Made by a program: the position numbers and the translations under genes | DNA from: Candidatus Latescibacterota bacterium | GTDB lineage: Bacteria > Latescibacterota > UBA2968 > GCA-2709665 | Direction of reading: 5' to 3' | Assembly (NCBI GenBank): GCA_965226795.1 | Contig: CBDDDZ010000002.1 | Span: 352,001 to 416,000 of the forward strand | DNA: 64,000 nt | The notes under the pieces: model-generated | The model's database searches: none | Told to the model about the DNA's origin: nothing | The model's input: the letters and a program-made list of their open reading frames with translations, nothing else | In this document: piece by piece, positions 21,271 through 31,578 of the stretch | How the letters are laid out: each line of letters begins with the position of its first letter | How positions within the stretch are numbered: position 1 is the stretch's first letter

Positions 21271-21320
21271 TGAAACCGCCCGTCTGATTCCCTTTGCGCT
21301 TAATTCCAGAAATCCGTAAC

Positions 21321-21350
21321 TTGATTTTATACGGCAATGCCGTATATTAT
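21321..21350 (+). promoter_or_regulatory. TA promoter with perfect palindromic operator
   Basis: TTGATT...TATTAT with TATACGGCA-A-TGCCGTATA (21328-21346); ATG 6 nt downstream. Confidence 0.7.
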
Positions 21351-21355
21351 TCTTT

Positions 21356-21670
21356 ATGTATAGCTTTATTGAGACAAGGCTTTTTACACGACTTGTGCAG
21401 AGATACCTTTCCGATCAAGAGTATTCCGAATTGCAATTGACTCTTATCGCGGACCCAGACGCTGGCGATGTCATTCCTGGCTCTGGTGGCGTTCGAAAGC
21501 TCCGGTGGCGACTGCGAGGACGGGGAAAACGTGGCGGGTACCGACTCGTCTATTTTGTAAAGCGAACATCCCGCGTTTTCTGGATGCTCACGATATATCC
21601 CAAAAATGTATTGGACAACATCAACGCCGATGTCCTGCGACAGATGCGCAAGGAGGTACAGGATGAATAA
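21356..21670 (+). CDS. RelE/HigB family toxin
   Basis: FIET..F, P.AGDVIPGSGGVRKLRW, GKRGG.R.VY, IYPKN. Confidence 0.9.
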   Translation: MYSFIETRLFTRLVQRYLSDQEYSELQLTLIADPDAGDVIPGSGGVRKLRWRLRGRGKRGGYRLVYFVKRTSRVFWMLTIYPKNVLDNINADVLRQMRKEVQDE

Positions 21671-21935
21671 GGTCGAACGAGACGTGGGCAGCGAGATTCT
21701 CGAAGGGCTTCGAGAACTCAAACGAGGCGAGCATGGTCGCGTGATCAATGTGCCGGATATCATTCAAATTCGAAAGCAAGCCGGCCTGTCCCAGGTTCAG
21801 TTCGCCGAATTGCTGGGCGTATCGGTTCGAACACTGCAGGATTGGGAACAGGCGCGTCGTCGTCCATCGGGGGCTGCACGTACGTTGCTGATGATCGCGG
21901 CCAGGAATCTTCAGGCGGTATTAGACGTGGCGTAA
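21663..21935 (+). CDS. XRE HTH antitoxin
   Basis: LSQ.QFAELLGVSVRTLQDWEQ.RR.PSGAA; GGAGG RBS. Confidence 0.9.
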   Translation: MNKVERDVGSEILEGLRELKRGEHGRVINVPDIIQIRKQAGLSQVQFAELLGVSVRTLQDWEQARRRPSGAARTLLMIAARNLQAVLDVA

Positions 21936-22172
21936 GGAGACGTGGCCTCGAAGAAGACGCCCGGATGGGTCGCATCGCGAATTTCGCCGCTCGAACAGAC
22001 GCGCATGAGGCCATAACGGGACAGCGATTGCCGCTGCACCCTCCATACGTATCCGGGCAACCCTCGCAGGGTGATGCGCTGAGGGTTGCCCGGTTGTATT
22101 TGGCGTATCGATGGATGGATTATTGGTTAAGCGAGAACTGGCCGGAGTGGCGGGCCTAAGAGAAGGAAGGCG

Positions 22173-22991
22173 CTATTCGATCACCACCAGCACGGCCTCT
22201 CCCTTCAAGAGTTCGCTGACCAAGGTGATTTGGGTGCCGGCCGCGCTCAGGCTTACCGTATAGTCCGTTCCTTTTTTCAGCTTGCCGGAACGGCCGATCA
22301 ACTCCTTCAGCTTCTTTCCCGGTTCCAAGGTCAGACTCCCGCCGATGGCGAGGACATTGACCGTGTAAGCGTCGTGTCCGGGTTTCTGGACCAGCTTGTA
22401 CCCTTTGCGGAAGAAGCGACGGTCCGTCTCCAGGAATCCGTCTGCCTTGAGACCATCCTCCGTGCCCACTACCACGCGCACCGCGTTCTTGGCCTGGTCG
22501 AGTTTCTCTTGTGTTCTTTCGATATCCTTGTTGGCCGAATCCAAATTCTGCGTCAACTTCATGGTGACGTCTCTCTGTTCGCGCAGGGCGACGGTGAGGC
22601 TGTCCGACTCGGTGATAAGCCGGTCGATTTTTGCCGAGTCGGCCTCCTTCTCCTCCTGTAGCTGGCTGATCGCTGTCTGCAGATCCTCGTTCTTGCGCCG
22701 GCGCTGCTCGGCAATAGCGCGGTATTTCTTTACTTCCTTCTGGAGTTGCTGGTTTTTCTCCTGCAAGAGCATCTCGAACTTGGTGAGGCTGTCGAGCTGA
22801 GTCTTCAGAGTAACGAGTTCGGCCTGGGAACTGCCTACCTCGTCTTCGAGCGAGTCGATGCTGGCTTCTTTCTGCGCAATTACCCGTTTCTGCTTCTCTA
22901 CCTCGCTTTCTCCGCAGGCGGAAAGTCCGATACAGAGGAGCAGGGCCAGGGTCAATCCCGAAAAAATCCTGTTAATACCATCATCTCCCAT
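22173..22991 (-). CDS. Coiled-coil lipoprotein, unknown function
   Basis: Hydrophobic signal ending LSAC, long heptad-rich helix, small beta-rich C-terminal domain. Confidence 0.75.
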   Translation of the reverse strand: MGDDGINRIFSGLTLALLLCIGLSACGESEVEKQKRVIAQKEASIDSLEDEVGSSQAELVTLKTQLDSLTKFEMLLQEKNQQLQKEVKKYRAIAEQRRRKNEDLQTAISQLQEEKEADSAKIDRLITESDSLTVALREQRDVTMKLTQNLDSANKDIERTQEKLDQAKNAVRVVVGTEDGLKADGFLETDRRFFRKGYKLVQKPGHDAYTVNVLAIGGSLTLEPGKKLKELIGRSGKLKKGTDYTVSLSAAGTQITLVSELLKGEAVLVVIE

Positions 22992-23434
22992 GTTGGAAGT
23001 TGAGATTCCGGCCCCTTTTACAGGAAAGGAACCGTCTTATTTGATTGGGGTGAGCTGCTTCGAGCGGCGGTGAGATGTCTGCCAAAAAAGAGGTCAATGC
23101 CACCGGCGACACAGGGCCGCCAGGTTGCGCCAAAGGCAGCTGGTTTTCCCCACGGTATACGCTGAATTCAGTTCAGGTACCGGACCGTGGCGTGAAGTGT
23201 CGTTTTCGCGTGACGCGGGCGGGCGAAAGATTGCGGTGGCAACAATGTTGTTTCCCCGGTCGTGCCCATCATGGCTGGAATATGGGACTCCCGCCGCAAA
23301 AAGTCAAGGCATTCCCATTTAAACCCGGTCCATAAGGACACGACGTCTATCGAACTCGGCCTTGCGGTACGGGCGAGATCAAGGCAAGAGCGAATGCCTA
23401 TATTCCAACCTGGCGCGGCTACTCTATGCTCAGC

Positions 23435-23467
23435 CCTGCCTGCGCCGTGCCCGGCACGGCAGGCAGC
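23435..23467. repeat. 33-bp CCTGCCTG...CAGGCAGG palindromic element (reverse orientation)
   Basis: CCTGCCTGCGCCG-N9-CGGCAGGCAG; CAGCC repeated 33 nt apart. Confidence 0.75.
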
Positions 23468-23681
23468 CGCAACCGAAACTGCAAGTCTCTATAACGCGCC
23501 GACGAATCATCCGCGAAATGCGTCCGTCACACGTGCGCTCAGACTCTGAGGAAGCCATCAGGCTGACGAAGCATCTCCGGCTCGCGTCGGATGATGCCCG
23601 GGCGTCTGTCACTGGGTCCGTCCTGCCAGGCAGCACATCCACCCCCTGGACTGTGATTGAGTATGATTATCGTGATGAACT

Positions 23682-24173
23682 GTGATTAAACCGCATGAAG
23701 AGACTGTAATTGATGTGATTTCGGGATTGACCTGGAAGGACCGGAAAAACGTCGCCGCCGACCTTAAGCCGATTTACCAGGCCTGCCTGCCGAGTACAGC
23801 ACGGCGCAGGCAGGCCGCCACCGCCGAAGAAGCAGAGACGAACCTGAGCGCCTTCGAAGCGACCTGGGATGAACACTATCCCTCCATCTCAAAATCGTGG
23901 CGCAATCACTGGGAGCATATCATCCCGTTTCTTGCCTATCCCAACGACATCCGCAAAGTCATCTACACCACCAATGCCATTGAGTCTGTGAACCGGTCGT
24001 TGCGCAAGATCACCAAAAATAGGGGCGCGTTCCCTTCCGATGAAGCCGCCATCAAGCTCCTGTTTCTGGCCCATCGCAACATCAGCAAACGCTGGACCAA
24101 ACCCGTAACCAACTGGAAAGCCGCACTGAATCGCTTCGCCATCATGTTCGACGATCGCGTCTCTTTTCATTGA
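23682..24173 (+). pseudogene. IS256-family transposase C-terminal fragment
   Basis: AADLKPIY, YP.I..SW, IRKVIYTTNAIES.N, RGAFP; DDE N-terminal part absent. Confidence 0.9.
23782..23814. repeat. 33-bp palindromic element inserted in frame in the transposase
   Basis: CCTGCCTGCCG-AGTACAGCA-CGGCGCAGGCAGG adds 11 codons inside IYQAAT. Confidence 0.8.
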
Positions 24174-24187
24174 TCCACCAACGCCAC

Positions 24188-24210
24188 TTATACAATATTC
24201 TTGACACCCC
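24188..24210 (+). mobile_element. Probable IS256 right terminal inverted repeat
   Basis: TTATACAATATTCTTGACACCCC just after the transposase stop, resembling IS256-family ends. Confidence 0.6.
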
Positions 24211-24573
24211 CGAATGACAGGTTGGCCGATCATCAGGCCTGTGAGGTCCCTTCAACGATCCCCGGCGCGGCAGGCGTGCCGTAAATGCCACGCCCTACTC
24301 TTGACCCCTTATTATTACCACGAATCCCTGAACACGCAACATGAACAAACATGTACGCATCTTGCGCAGAAGTCTTACTGTAAGACACTGTCTTCCCATA
24401 TCGGCCCCAACCGACGACCAGGACGCATTCCGAAGGCGTGGTGGATCAACCGACCGAACAACACCATTGAACATTGACGCCTACGTTGGTAAATTCCCAC
24501 GATAGATGTCTCATCTCGATTAAACAAATCCGTTGTGTATCCTGTCGTTGTGAATTCAAGAGGACCCGTCGGT

Positions 24574-25092
24574 ATGATTCTATCGGGAAAGATGATCCAA
24601 GAGCGAATGGGAAAGGACATCGTTATCGAGCCATTCGATCGGGCCAGGCTCAATCCAAACAGCTACAATCTTTCACTGGCCGATGAACTCGTCGTGTACG
24701 AGGATGGCGTTCTGGATATGAAAAAGAAGAATCGTACGCGGTCCATTCGGATACCGGATGACGGAATTGAGATGCAACCCCAAACGCTCTATCTCGGAAG
24801 AACTGCGAAATTTACCAGAACGGACAACTATGTCCCGATGCTCGAAGGGCGGTCGTCGGTGGGGAGATTGGGGCTGTTTGTACACGTCACCGCGGGTTTT
24901 GGCGACGTGGGGTTCGCCGGCTACTGGACGCTGGAGATGTTCTGCATTCAGCCCGTCCGGATCTATCCGAACGTGGAAATCTGCCAGATATACTACCATA
25001 CTCTGGAAGGGGATTTCGAGACCTATAAGAGTGCAAAATACCAGAACAACAAGGGCATTCAACCCAGTCGCATGTATCTGGACTTTATTTAA
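24574..25092 (+). CDS. dcd: dCTP deaminase
   Basis: LNPNSYNL, LEGRSSVGRLGL.VH.TAGFGD.GF.G..TLE, ICQ, KYQ. Confidence 0.93.
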   Translation: MILSGKMIQERMGKDIVIEPFDRARLNPNSYNLSLADELVVYEDGVLDMKKKNRTRSIRIPDDGIEMQPQTLYLGRTAKFTRTDNYVPMLEGRSSVGRLGLFVHVTAGFGDVGFAGYWTLEMFCIQPVRIYPNVEICQIYYHTLEGDFETYKSAKYQNNKGIQPSRMYLDFI

Positions 25093-25179
25093 CGTATTTG
25101 CAAAAGGCAATCGCGTCGAGATGTGCGTTCACGGGCCGGCCGAATAGCTGGGGTTTGTTAGATATTCGAAGGAAGGAGG

Positions 25180-25623
25180 TTGATCGTGTTCACAATCGGT
25201 GCCTTCGGCATCATCACCGATGACAATGACCGCATCCTGCTGTGTCACCGGCGCGACTTCGATCTGTGGAATCTGCCGGGTGGCGGCGTTGAGGCAGGCG
25301 AGAGTCCGTGGGATGCTCTGGTGAGGGAAATTAAGGAGGAAACGGGTTTGACAGCGGCGCCCGTACATCTCAGCGGCGTTTACAGCAAACCGGATAAGGA
25401 TGAGGTTGTATTTTCGTTCTTCTGTCGGGCAACGGGAGGCGCGATCCGGCTAACCGACGAGGCGGACCGGATCGAGTACTTTCACCAGGACCGCATACCG
25501 AGGAACACGTCTCCGAAGCAGGTCGAGCGCATTGATGACTACTTTTCCGACAGGACAGCAACACATTACAAGGTACAAACCGGTCGTTCTGTTATCGAAC
25601 TGATCAGCGAAGGAAAGATGTGA
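25180..25623 (+). CDS. NUDIX hydrolase
   Basis: WNLPGGGVEAGESPWDALVREIKEETG Nudix box. Confidence 0.92.
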   Translation: MIVFTIGAFGIITDDNDRILLCHRRDFDLWNLPGGGVEAGESPWDALVREIKEETGLTAAPVHLSGVYSKPDKDEVVFSFFCRATGGAIRLTDEADRIEYFHQDRIPRNTSPKQVERIDDYFSDRTATHYKVQTGRSVIELISEGKM

Positions 25624-25683
25624 TCAAGACGCCCATTGTCCAACGCCGCGTCAATGCGGCGCGCTTCACCGGTCGACGATGAA

Positions 25684-26292
25684 ATGTCAGACATTCTGAT
25701 AATCGGAGTTGCAATCCTCTTGAGAGACAAGAATGGCTTTCTCTTTGAACTCCAGAAGCCGGCGAAATGGAAGCGTAGGCGAGGTGGGGTCCTGGAGATT
25801 GGCATGAGTTGCATCGGCGGCACGGTGGAGGAAGGTGAGTCGCTTGAGGGCGCACTGCAGAGGGAGGCGATGGAAGAAATCGGTTGCAGGGTCGCGTTCG
25901 ATGGATCGGCGCATCCCTTTGCGATGGACGCGGCCGGCGGCGTATCTCCGCTTCCGGCGCGGTGCGTGCCGGACGGCGTGCAATTTCTGTGGGAAGGAAA
26001 CGACCCGGGATTTGTCCCGGGTGCAAAGGTGGCGGTGTACGCCGGCCATACGGTCGGCCGCACAGAGCCGGGCGATCTCTCGGCCATCTTGACGCTGGAG
26101 CCGGATCTTTTCTATGAACTCGCCACACAGTCTCACACCACTGAGAGCCTGGAGCAGCGAGGTGGCATTCTTCAGGAACGGCTGCGAATCCCGCGTTCCG
26201 CTCGCCTGAAGCCGGTGGGAACGGCCGCCAGGCTACTGGAATTGCGGAGACTGCATCCTGAGTTGCTGCAGCACGTTTTGGGTGAATCCTGA
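25684..26292 (+). CDS. NUDIX domain protein
   Basis: GGTVEEGESLEGALQREAMEEIG Nudix box. Confidence 0.8.
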   Translation: MSDILIIGVAILLRDKNGFLFELQKPAKWKRRRGGVLEIGMSCIGGTVEEGESLEGALQREAMEEIGCRVAFDGSAHPFAMDAAGGVSPLPARCVPDGVQFLWEGNDPGFVPGAKVAVYAGHTVGRTEPGDLSAILTLEPDLFYELATQSHTTESLEQRGGILQERLRIPRSARLKPVGTAARLLELRRLHPELLQHVLGES

Positions 26293-26299
26293 TCCCCCT

Positions 26300-26432
26300 G
26301 GCGATCATATCGTTTGCTCGACAAACGGGTTCTTTATATAGATTGCCGATCTCTTGGGTGTATTCTCCCAGGTTGCGCGACTCCTGAAGCCGGGAGGGGC
26401 ATACATCTTCGACGACATTCACCCATTCAAGC
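26300..26432 (+). pseudogene. Short class I SAM methyltransferase remnant
   Basis: IADL..VFSQVARLLKPGG.YIFDD.HP, cut at a ~30-bp repeat. Confidence 0.55.
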
Positions 26433-26533
26433 GTCGGATCCCCCATCCCGCGTCGGGGCCAGCTGGAAATGCCACAAGGTATTTCAATAAACGCGAGGTA
26501 AATCGCTATTTATCAGAGAAAGGGAGTCATCTT

Positions 26534-27199
26534 ATGCAGCCCCATTTGGCTTTTCTTCACACGACACCGGTGCTAATCGATACCTTCGATCGGTTAATAG
26601 AGGAAGCCGGTTTGGAATTGCCCATCAGACACATTGTGGAAGAGCAATTTTTGACCGAGGCTCGTGATAAGGGAATCACTCAAAACCTGGATGAACGTAT
26701 TGGGGGCCGCATCCGCTCCGCAGTCGAAGAAGGCGCAGCCGTGGTACTCTGCACGTGTTCTACAATTGGAGCAAGTGCGGAAAAAGCAAATGACTCAACA
26801 GATGGCGTCATCGTTCGAGTTGATCGCCCTATGGCTGAGAAAGCGGTCGAATTGGGTTCCCGAATTGTTATTGCCGCCGCACTCAGGAGTACACTCGCTC
26901 CAACCCGTAACCTTATTCTTGAAACCGCACGAACGCGTCAAAAGCGCGTTGAACTTATCGAGGTATTCTGTGAAAATGCCTGGAGTCAATTTGAGGCGGG
27001 AGACCACAATGGATATTTCACTGAAATTGCCCGCAAATTAAAGGAGAATGCGACTGAGGGAGACGTCATTGTGCTGGCGCAAGCCTCTATGGCCGGAGCC
27101 GCGAATTTGTGCCCGGAAGTTTCAGTTCCGATCCTCAGCAGCCCCGAGATAGGTCTGCAGTATGCGGTTAACGTCTGGAAACAACAGGGACGGGTTTAA
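26534..27199 (+). CDS. Asp/Glu/hydantoin racemase-fold protein
   Basis: LAFLHT, LCTCSTIG, RVDRPM, VIVLAQASMA, PILSSP; GGGAG RBS. Confidence 0.85.
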   Translation: MQPHLAFLHTTPVLIDTFDRLIEEAGLELPIRHIVEEQFLTEARDKGITQNLDERIGGRIRSAVEEGAAVVLCTCSTIGASAEKANDSTDGVIVRVDRPMAEKAVELGSRIVIAAALRSTLAPTRNLILETARTRQKRVELIEVFCENAWSQFEAGDHNGYFTEIARKLKENATEGDVIVLAQASMAGAANLCPEVSVPILSSPEIGLQYAVNVWKQQGRV

Positions 27200-27476
27200 A
27201 AAAGGAATGGATGGGTCAATTCCGAAGATCCCTGCAAAAAGGGCGTCCGCGAATTGTCGAGTTTGCTGGGTTGGATGGCGAATCCTCGTGCGGGATTGGC
27301 GGTCTGATTAACGATCGCCGCATCAGCGACGTAATGGGGAAGAATCCGGAGCTTGCGCCGTTCAAGCGTCGGATCCCCTCATCTCGCGTAGGGGCAACCC
27401 TTGTGGTTGCCCTGGGTTTCGTGGCGGTGCCTGGCGATTGAGCCGATATTCGCGAACAATTAATCGAGATATTAAC

Positions 27477-28022
27477 ATGCTGCCGGAAGTAATCGAAACT
27501 GGACGATTGAAACTCAGGCTTCACAGCCTCGAGGATGTAGAGGATGTCCTGGCGTACGCATCCGATCCGGATTGGGCGCGATACCTTCCGGTTCCTCAGC
27601 CGTACACGAGAGCGCACGCCGAGAATTTCCTGGCGGGACTACTGTTGCAAGATCGCAAGAAACGCGCGTCGTGGGCGATTGAACACGCCGGATCCGCTAT
27701 CGGCGGAATCAATATCCGGTTTGACTTTGAGAATCACGTCGGCACATTAGGTTATAGCGTTGCCAGGCGCCATTGGGGAAAGGGGTTGGCCACGGAAGCC
27801 GTTGGCGCCGTTATCGACGGGTCGTTTTCCACCTATCCCGTTTTGAACCGCATTCAAGCTTCTGCCGATGAGAGAAATGCAGGTTCTCTGCGGGTCATGG
27901 AGAAGCTCGGAATGGTCCGTGAAGGCGTGCTGCGCCAGGATCAATACCTCAGAGGAGAATTCAGAAATACTGTCTGGTGCGGGTTGTTGCGTCGTGAATG
28001 GGAAGTTCGCAAGAATAGGTGA
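27477..28022 (+). CDS. RimJ/RimL-type GNAT acetyltransferase
   Basis: IETGRLKLR, LGY.V...HWGKGLATEA, N..S.RVMEKLGM..EG.LR. Confidence 0.92.
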   Translation: MLPEVIETGRLKLRLHSLEDVEDVLAYASDPDWARYLPVPQPYTRAHAENFLAGLLLQDRKKRASWAIEHAGSAIGGINIRFDFENHVGTLGYSVARRHWGKGLATEAVGAVIDGSFSTYPVLNRIQASADERNAGSLRVMEKLGMVREGVLRQDQYLRGEFRNTVWCGLLRREWEVRKNR

Positions 28023-28155
28023 ATGAGACGATGCGAATCAGTCTGACGAAGCAGCCAGAGGGTAATGTATCCTGATCACTGTAGCACGAATGAAATGAAC
28101 CATCCTTGATGTTTTTTTTACTTGGATTTCGTAACATATTTGTTAACTTTTCTGA

Positions 28156-28509
28156 ATGAGAGAGATCGTCTTTTATCGCACCGTATCAGGACGTTGTCCT
28201 GTCGAACAGTTCCTGGATTCTCTCAATGCGAAACAAAGTGCTAAAGCCACCTGGACGTTGGGACTCATTGAGGAATTGGAGTTCGTTCCCCAACAGTACT
28301 TCAAGAAATTGGTCGATACGGACGACATCTGGGAGGTCCGCGTCACCGCTGGAGGTGATGCGTTAAGACTGCTGTCCTTTTTCGACGGTCCAGAGTTGGT
28401 GGTTCTCAGCCATGCCTTTTCCAAGAAGACACAAACGACTCGAAGATCTGACATCCATCTGACAGAACAGAGAAAAATAGATTATTTCGGGAGGAAACGC
28501 CATGAGTGA
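28156..28509 (+). CDS. RelE/ParE-like (Gp49-type) toxin
   Basis: FY.T.SG.CPV..FL, IWEVRV, R.L.FF, L.HAF.KKTQ.T. Confidence 0.88.
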   Translation: MREIVFYRTVSGRCPVEQFLDSLNAKQSAKATWTLGLIEELEFVPQQYFKKLVDTDDIWEVRVTAGGDALRLLSFFDGPELVVLSHAFSKKTQTTRRSDIHLTEQRKIDYFGRKRHE

Positions 28510-28777
28510 TCTAAAGAAATACGTTGAAAAACGCAAAGCAAGAGACCCCGAATTTGCCGAGAATTACGAAAGCGGTTATCTGGAATTCAAAATCGGTGTC
28601 TTACTCCGTGAAGCCCGAAAAGAGGCCGGTCTGACCCAGGAGGAGGTGGCGAGGAAGTTGAATACCAAGAGGTCGGCGATTTCAAGAATGGAAAACCATG
28701 CACAGGACATCAGACTGTCGACCCTGGGAAAGTATGCAAAGGCGATCGGTAGGAAATTGCACTTTTCTGTGGGATAG
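28502..28777 (+). CDS. XRE HTH antitoxin
   Basis: GLTQEEVA.KL.T..SAISRMEN...I.LSTL.KYA. Confidence 0.9.
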   Translation: MSDLKKYVEKRKARDPEFAENYESGYLEFKIGVLLREARKEAGLTQEEVARKLNTKRSAISRMENHAQDIRLSTLGKYAKAIGRKLHFSVG

Positions 28778-28883
28778 GAACGACATACTCTGCGCAACCT
28801 TAACCCGGCCCCCGAGTCGCTCCCTGAGCTTGTCGAAGGGTCGCCGAAGCGGCTCCGAAAAACGCCAGAGAGGACGCTAATCT

Positions 28884-29612
28884 ATGACTGAACCGGTGGA
28901 CAAAACGCTTGCAGGCAAAGGAGCGGTTGTCACGGGCGCAGGGCGCGGCATCGGTCGGGCCATCGCGCTGGGTTACGCCCGGGCGGGCGCATCGATCTGT
29001 TGCGCGGCGAGAACCGAGACCGAAATCCAGGATACCGTGCGGGAGATTCGAGGGGAGGGTGGAACCGCGGTTGCGTTCCAGGCGGACGTAAGGCAACGGC
29101 AGGCGGTTGGGGCGCTTTTCGATTTTGCGGCGGCGGAGTTCGCCGGAATTGACATTGCAGTCCTCAATGCGGGCGTGAATCTCGATCACGGCGCCGTTGA
29201 GGGCAGCGATCCGGCGGCCTGGGAGGAAACCATACGCACCAATCTGCTTGGCGCATACTATTGCGCCAGGGCGGCGATTCCGGGCATGAAGAGGCGTGGC
29301 GGCGGCAAGATCGTCACCATAGGTTCCGGCATGGGCCACAGGGGATTCTCGGAGAGTTCGGCCTATTGTTGTTCAAAGGCCGGCCTATGGATGTTGACGC
29401 GTGTTCTCGCGCAGGAACTCTGGCCGCACAACATCAGCGTAAACGAACTCATCCCCGGGCCGGTACGGACCGAAATGGACGCGGTACTCGACATCGAGAG
29501 CGAATGGATGAAGTCTCCTGAAGACGTCGTACCCATGGCGCTTTTTCTGGCGACGCAACCCGATATCGGGCCCACCGCACAGAGTTATAGCCTTATGCGG
29601 CGGGATACATGA
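28884..29612 (+). CDS. SDR family oxidoreductase
   Basis: TGAGRGIG, NAG, YCCSK catalytic motif, PGPV.T. Confidence 0.93.
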   Translation: MTEPVDKTLAGKGAVVTGAGRGIGRAIALGYARAGASICCAARTETEIQDTVREIRGEGGTAVAFQADVRQRQAVGALFDFAAAEFAGIDIAVLNAGVNLDHGAVEGSDPAAWEETIRTNLLGAYYCARAAIPGMKRRGGGKIVTIGSGMGHRGFSESSAYCCSKAGLWMLTRVLAQELWPHNISVNELIPGPVRTEMDAVLDIESEWMKSPEDVVPMALFLATQPDIGPTAQSYSLMRRDT

Positions 29613-29721
29613 AACGGGATCAAACAGAATCGTCAAACACGCTTCACGGATGCTCGCCACCTGACAAGTCAGTTCGGACATCTCGCGGAGACAACACCGG
29701 ATGGTAGCAGAGCTTGCCAGC

Positions 29722-30413
29722 ATGCGGGATCTCAGGGCTTTGTCACACGATAAGCCGGAAGTATCACTTGTACAGATTGATACGCTCCTCGAGAAACACG
29801 GCTTCAATTTGTCCCGGACAATTCAGCGCCTTGATGGCAATTTCACAAACCAGATTCTACGTGTGGAGACCCGCTCCAACGGTCGCGTATTTCTCAAGAT
29901 GCAATTCCGACGAACCCGCGGCTTCAGTCTGAAGGCCGAGTTCATCGCCACACGTGCGCTGCAAACCGCCGCCGATGTTCCCGTGTCTGAGTCCCTGGTG
30001 TACGACGGCGGCGGGGAACCGCTTCCGTTTGAATGTCTGTTGATCCCGCGCCCGACGTGAGGATACGCGGCGGCAGCGTCTTTCTGTGGGGGGAACCGGG
30101 ACTCCACAGCGTACTCGTGGAGAACGGCAACTCCCTTCGAATCTCCAACGTACATGACTTCCAATCGGCTGGCTGCGGAACGGCGGTACACGACCTGCGG
30201 CAAGTGGAAGGCGAATCCGTGGCCAGACCCGGTTCGAAGCACTTCGAACCGGGTTACGTGGATGCCTTTCGATCTTCCTACGTGGCCGTGACTGGCGAAC
30301 CTCCCACTCAGTTGTCGGCCGCCGAGGAAAAGCTGCTGGCAATTGTCAAGAATCTCGGCTTTATAAGGTTTTTCTGGGATTTGCGGTCGTCTTCTCCACC
30401 CCAGGACGCCTGA
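29722..30413 (+). pseudogene. Phosphotransferase (APH/choline kinase-like) remnant with internal deletion and frameshift
   Basis: G.FTN....V......FLK, E......L.....VPV N-lobe; C-lobe DF..A..G in another frame after ~30055. Confidence 0.55.
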
Positions 30414-30852
30414 GTTCCTGGGTGCCGCGGTTTCCGATCTCGACAGCCTGAATGGCGCGGAATCGGGCGGCTAGATCAGCTCGGGATTCCTCGCGATCCT
30501 GCGAAAGGCGGGTCAATCCGCATCCTTCCGGTTGCACGCTCCGCTGGTTGCGGCGTTCAATTCCACAGCGGGACCCGCAACAACGCGCCGAGTCGAACTG
30601 CATCCGTATTCCACTTGACTTCACGGGCGTTCGATGATACTTTGTTTATCATAGGCTCCTTTCGTATGAGGATACAGTTTTCTTCCACGAGTTAACCGTA
30701 TCCAATTTAGATCGGAGCCTTTTCTATTTCAACTAAGATGGGCACAATCCCGGATTGTTGCTGCATTTCAATTCTTGCATAAACGGGGCAAGATTTGACT
30801 CTTGGATACAAATCCCAATCAGAAGGCCGCATCGCCAGAAGGAGGATCCGGA

Positions 30853-31578
30853 ATGGAACGTTTCGACACATACGACCCCTTTGCCGGCATCTACAACAGG
30901 CATTGGGGTTATTTTGCAGAGAAAATATACCCGATTCTCGACCATCTGGTCCTGCGGCATCTCCCGCCGGGCTGCGCCGTTCTCGATCTTTGCTGCGGTA
31001 CCGGACAGCTTGCCGCTGTGCTTACCGATAAGGGATTCGCCACCACGGGCGTGGATGGGTCCGAGGGGATGATTGAGATTGCGAGGAGAAACGCGCCGGA
31101 CGTGGCGTTCTTCACGCAGGACGCCCGGAACATCTCCCTGAACCGTCAATTTTCGGCGGTGTTCTCAACCTTCGACAGCCTCAACCACGTGATGAGCCTG
31201 GACGAACTGGAGCAGGTTTTTCGAAACGTGCACGCCGTCCTGGAAGACGGCGGCTACTTCGAATTCGACCTCAACATGGAAGAGGCCTACCTGAAGCGAT
31301 GGCGCGGCAGTTTTGGAATTGTGGAGGATGATCACGTATGTGTGGCACGATCGTCGAGGGATGAGAAAGAGATGATCGGAAGGATGGACCTGACCGTGTT
31401 CGAGTCGATCAGAACAGGCTGGAAGCGGACCGACGTTTCTCTTTTGCAGCGATGGTACCGGGAATGCGATATCAGTGAGCGGCTCCGGAGCGCTGGATTC
31501 GAGCAGCTGCAGACGTTCGATGGGAAGGATGCACCGGATTACTCGGGCAGGATGTTTTTTGTGGCGAGAAAGCCGTAG
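30853..31578 (+). CDS. Class I SAM-dependent methyltransferase
   Basis: VLDLCCGTG, GVD.S..M, DAR, FDSLNH, L..GG.F.FD; GGAGG RBS. Confidence 0.92.
   Translation: MERFDTYDPFAGIYNRHWGYFAEKIYPILDHLVLRHLPPGCAVLDLCCGTGQLAAVLTDKGFATTGVDGSEGMIEIARRNAPDVAFFTQDARNISLNRQFSAVFSTFDSLNHVMSLDELEQVFRNVHAVLEDGGYFEFDLNMEEAYLKRWRGSFGIVEDDHVCVARSSRDEKEMIGRMDLTVFESIRTGWKRTDVSLLQRWYRECDISERLRSAGFEQLQTFDGKDAPDYSGRMFFVARKP

Noticed and set aside
26354..26533. Methyltransferase-racemase fusion in the 281-aa ORF
   Set aside because: Chance in-frame join of a remnant; the racemase-like gene has its own RBS and ATG at 26534
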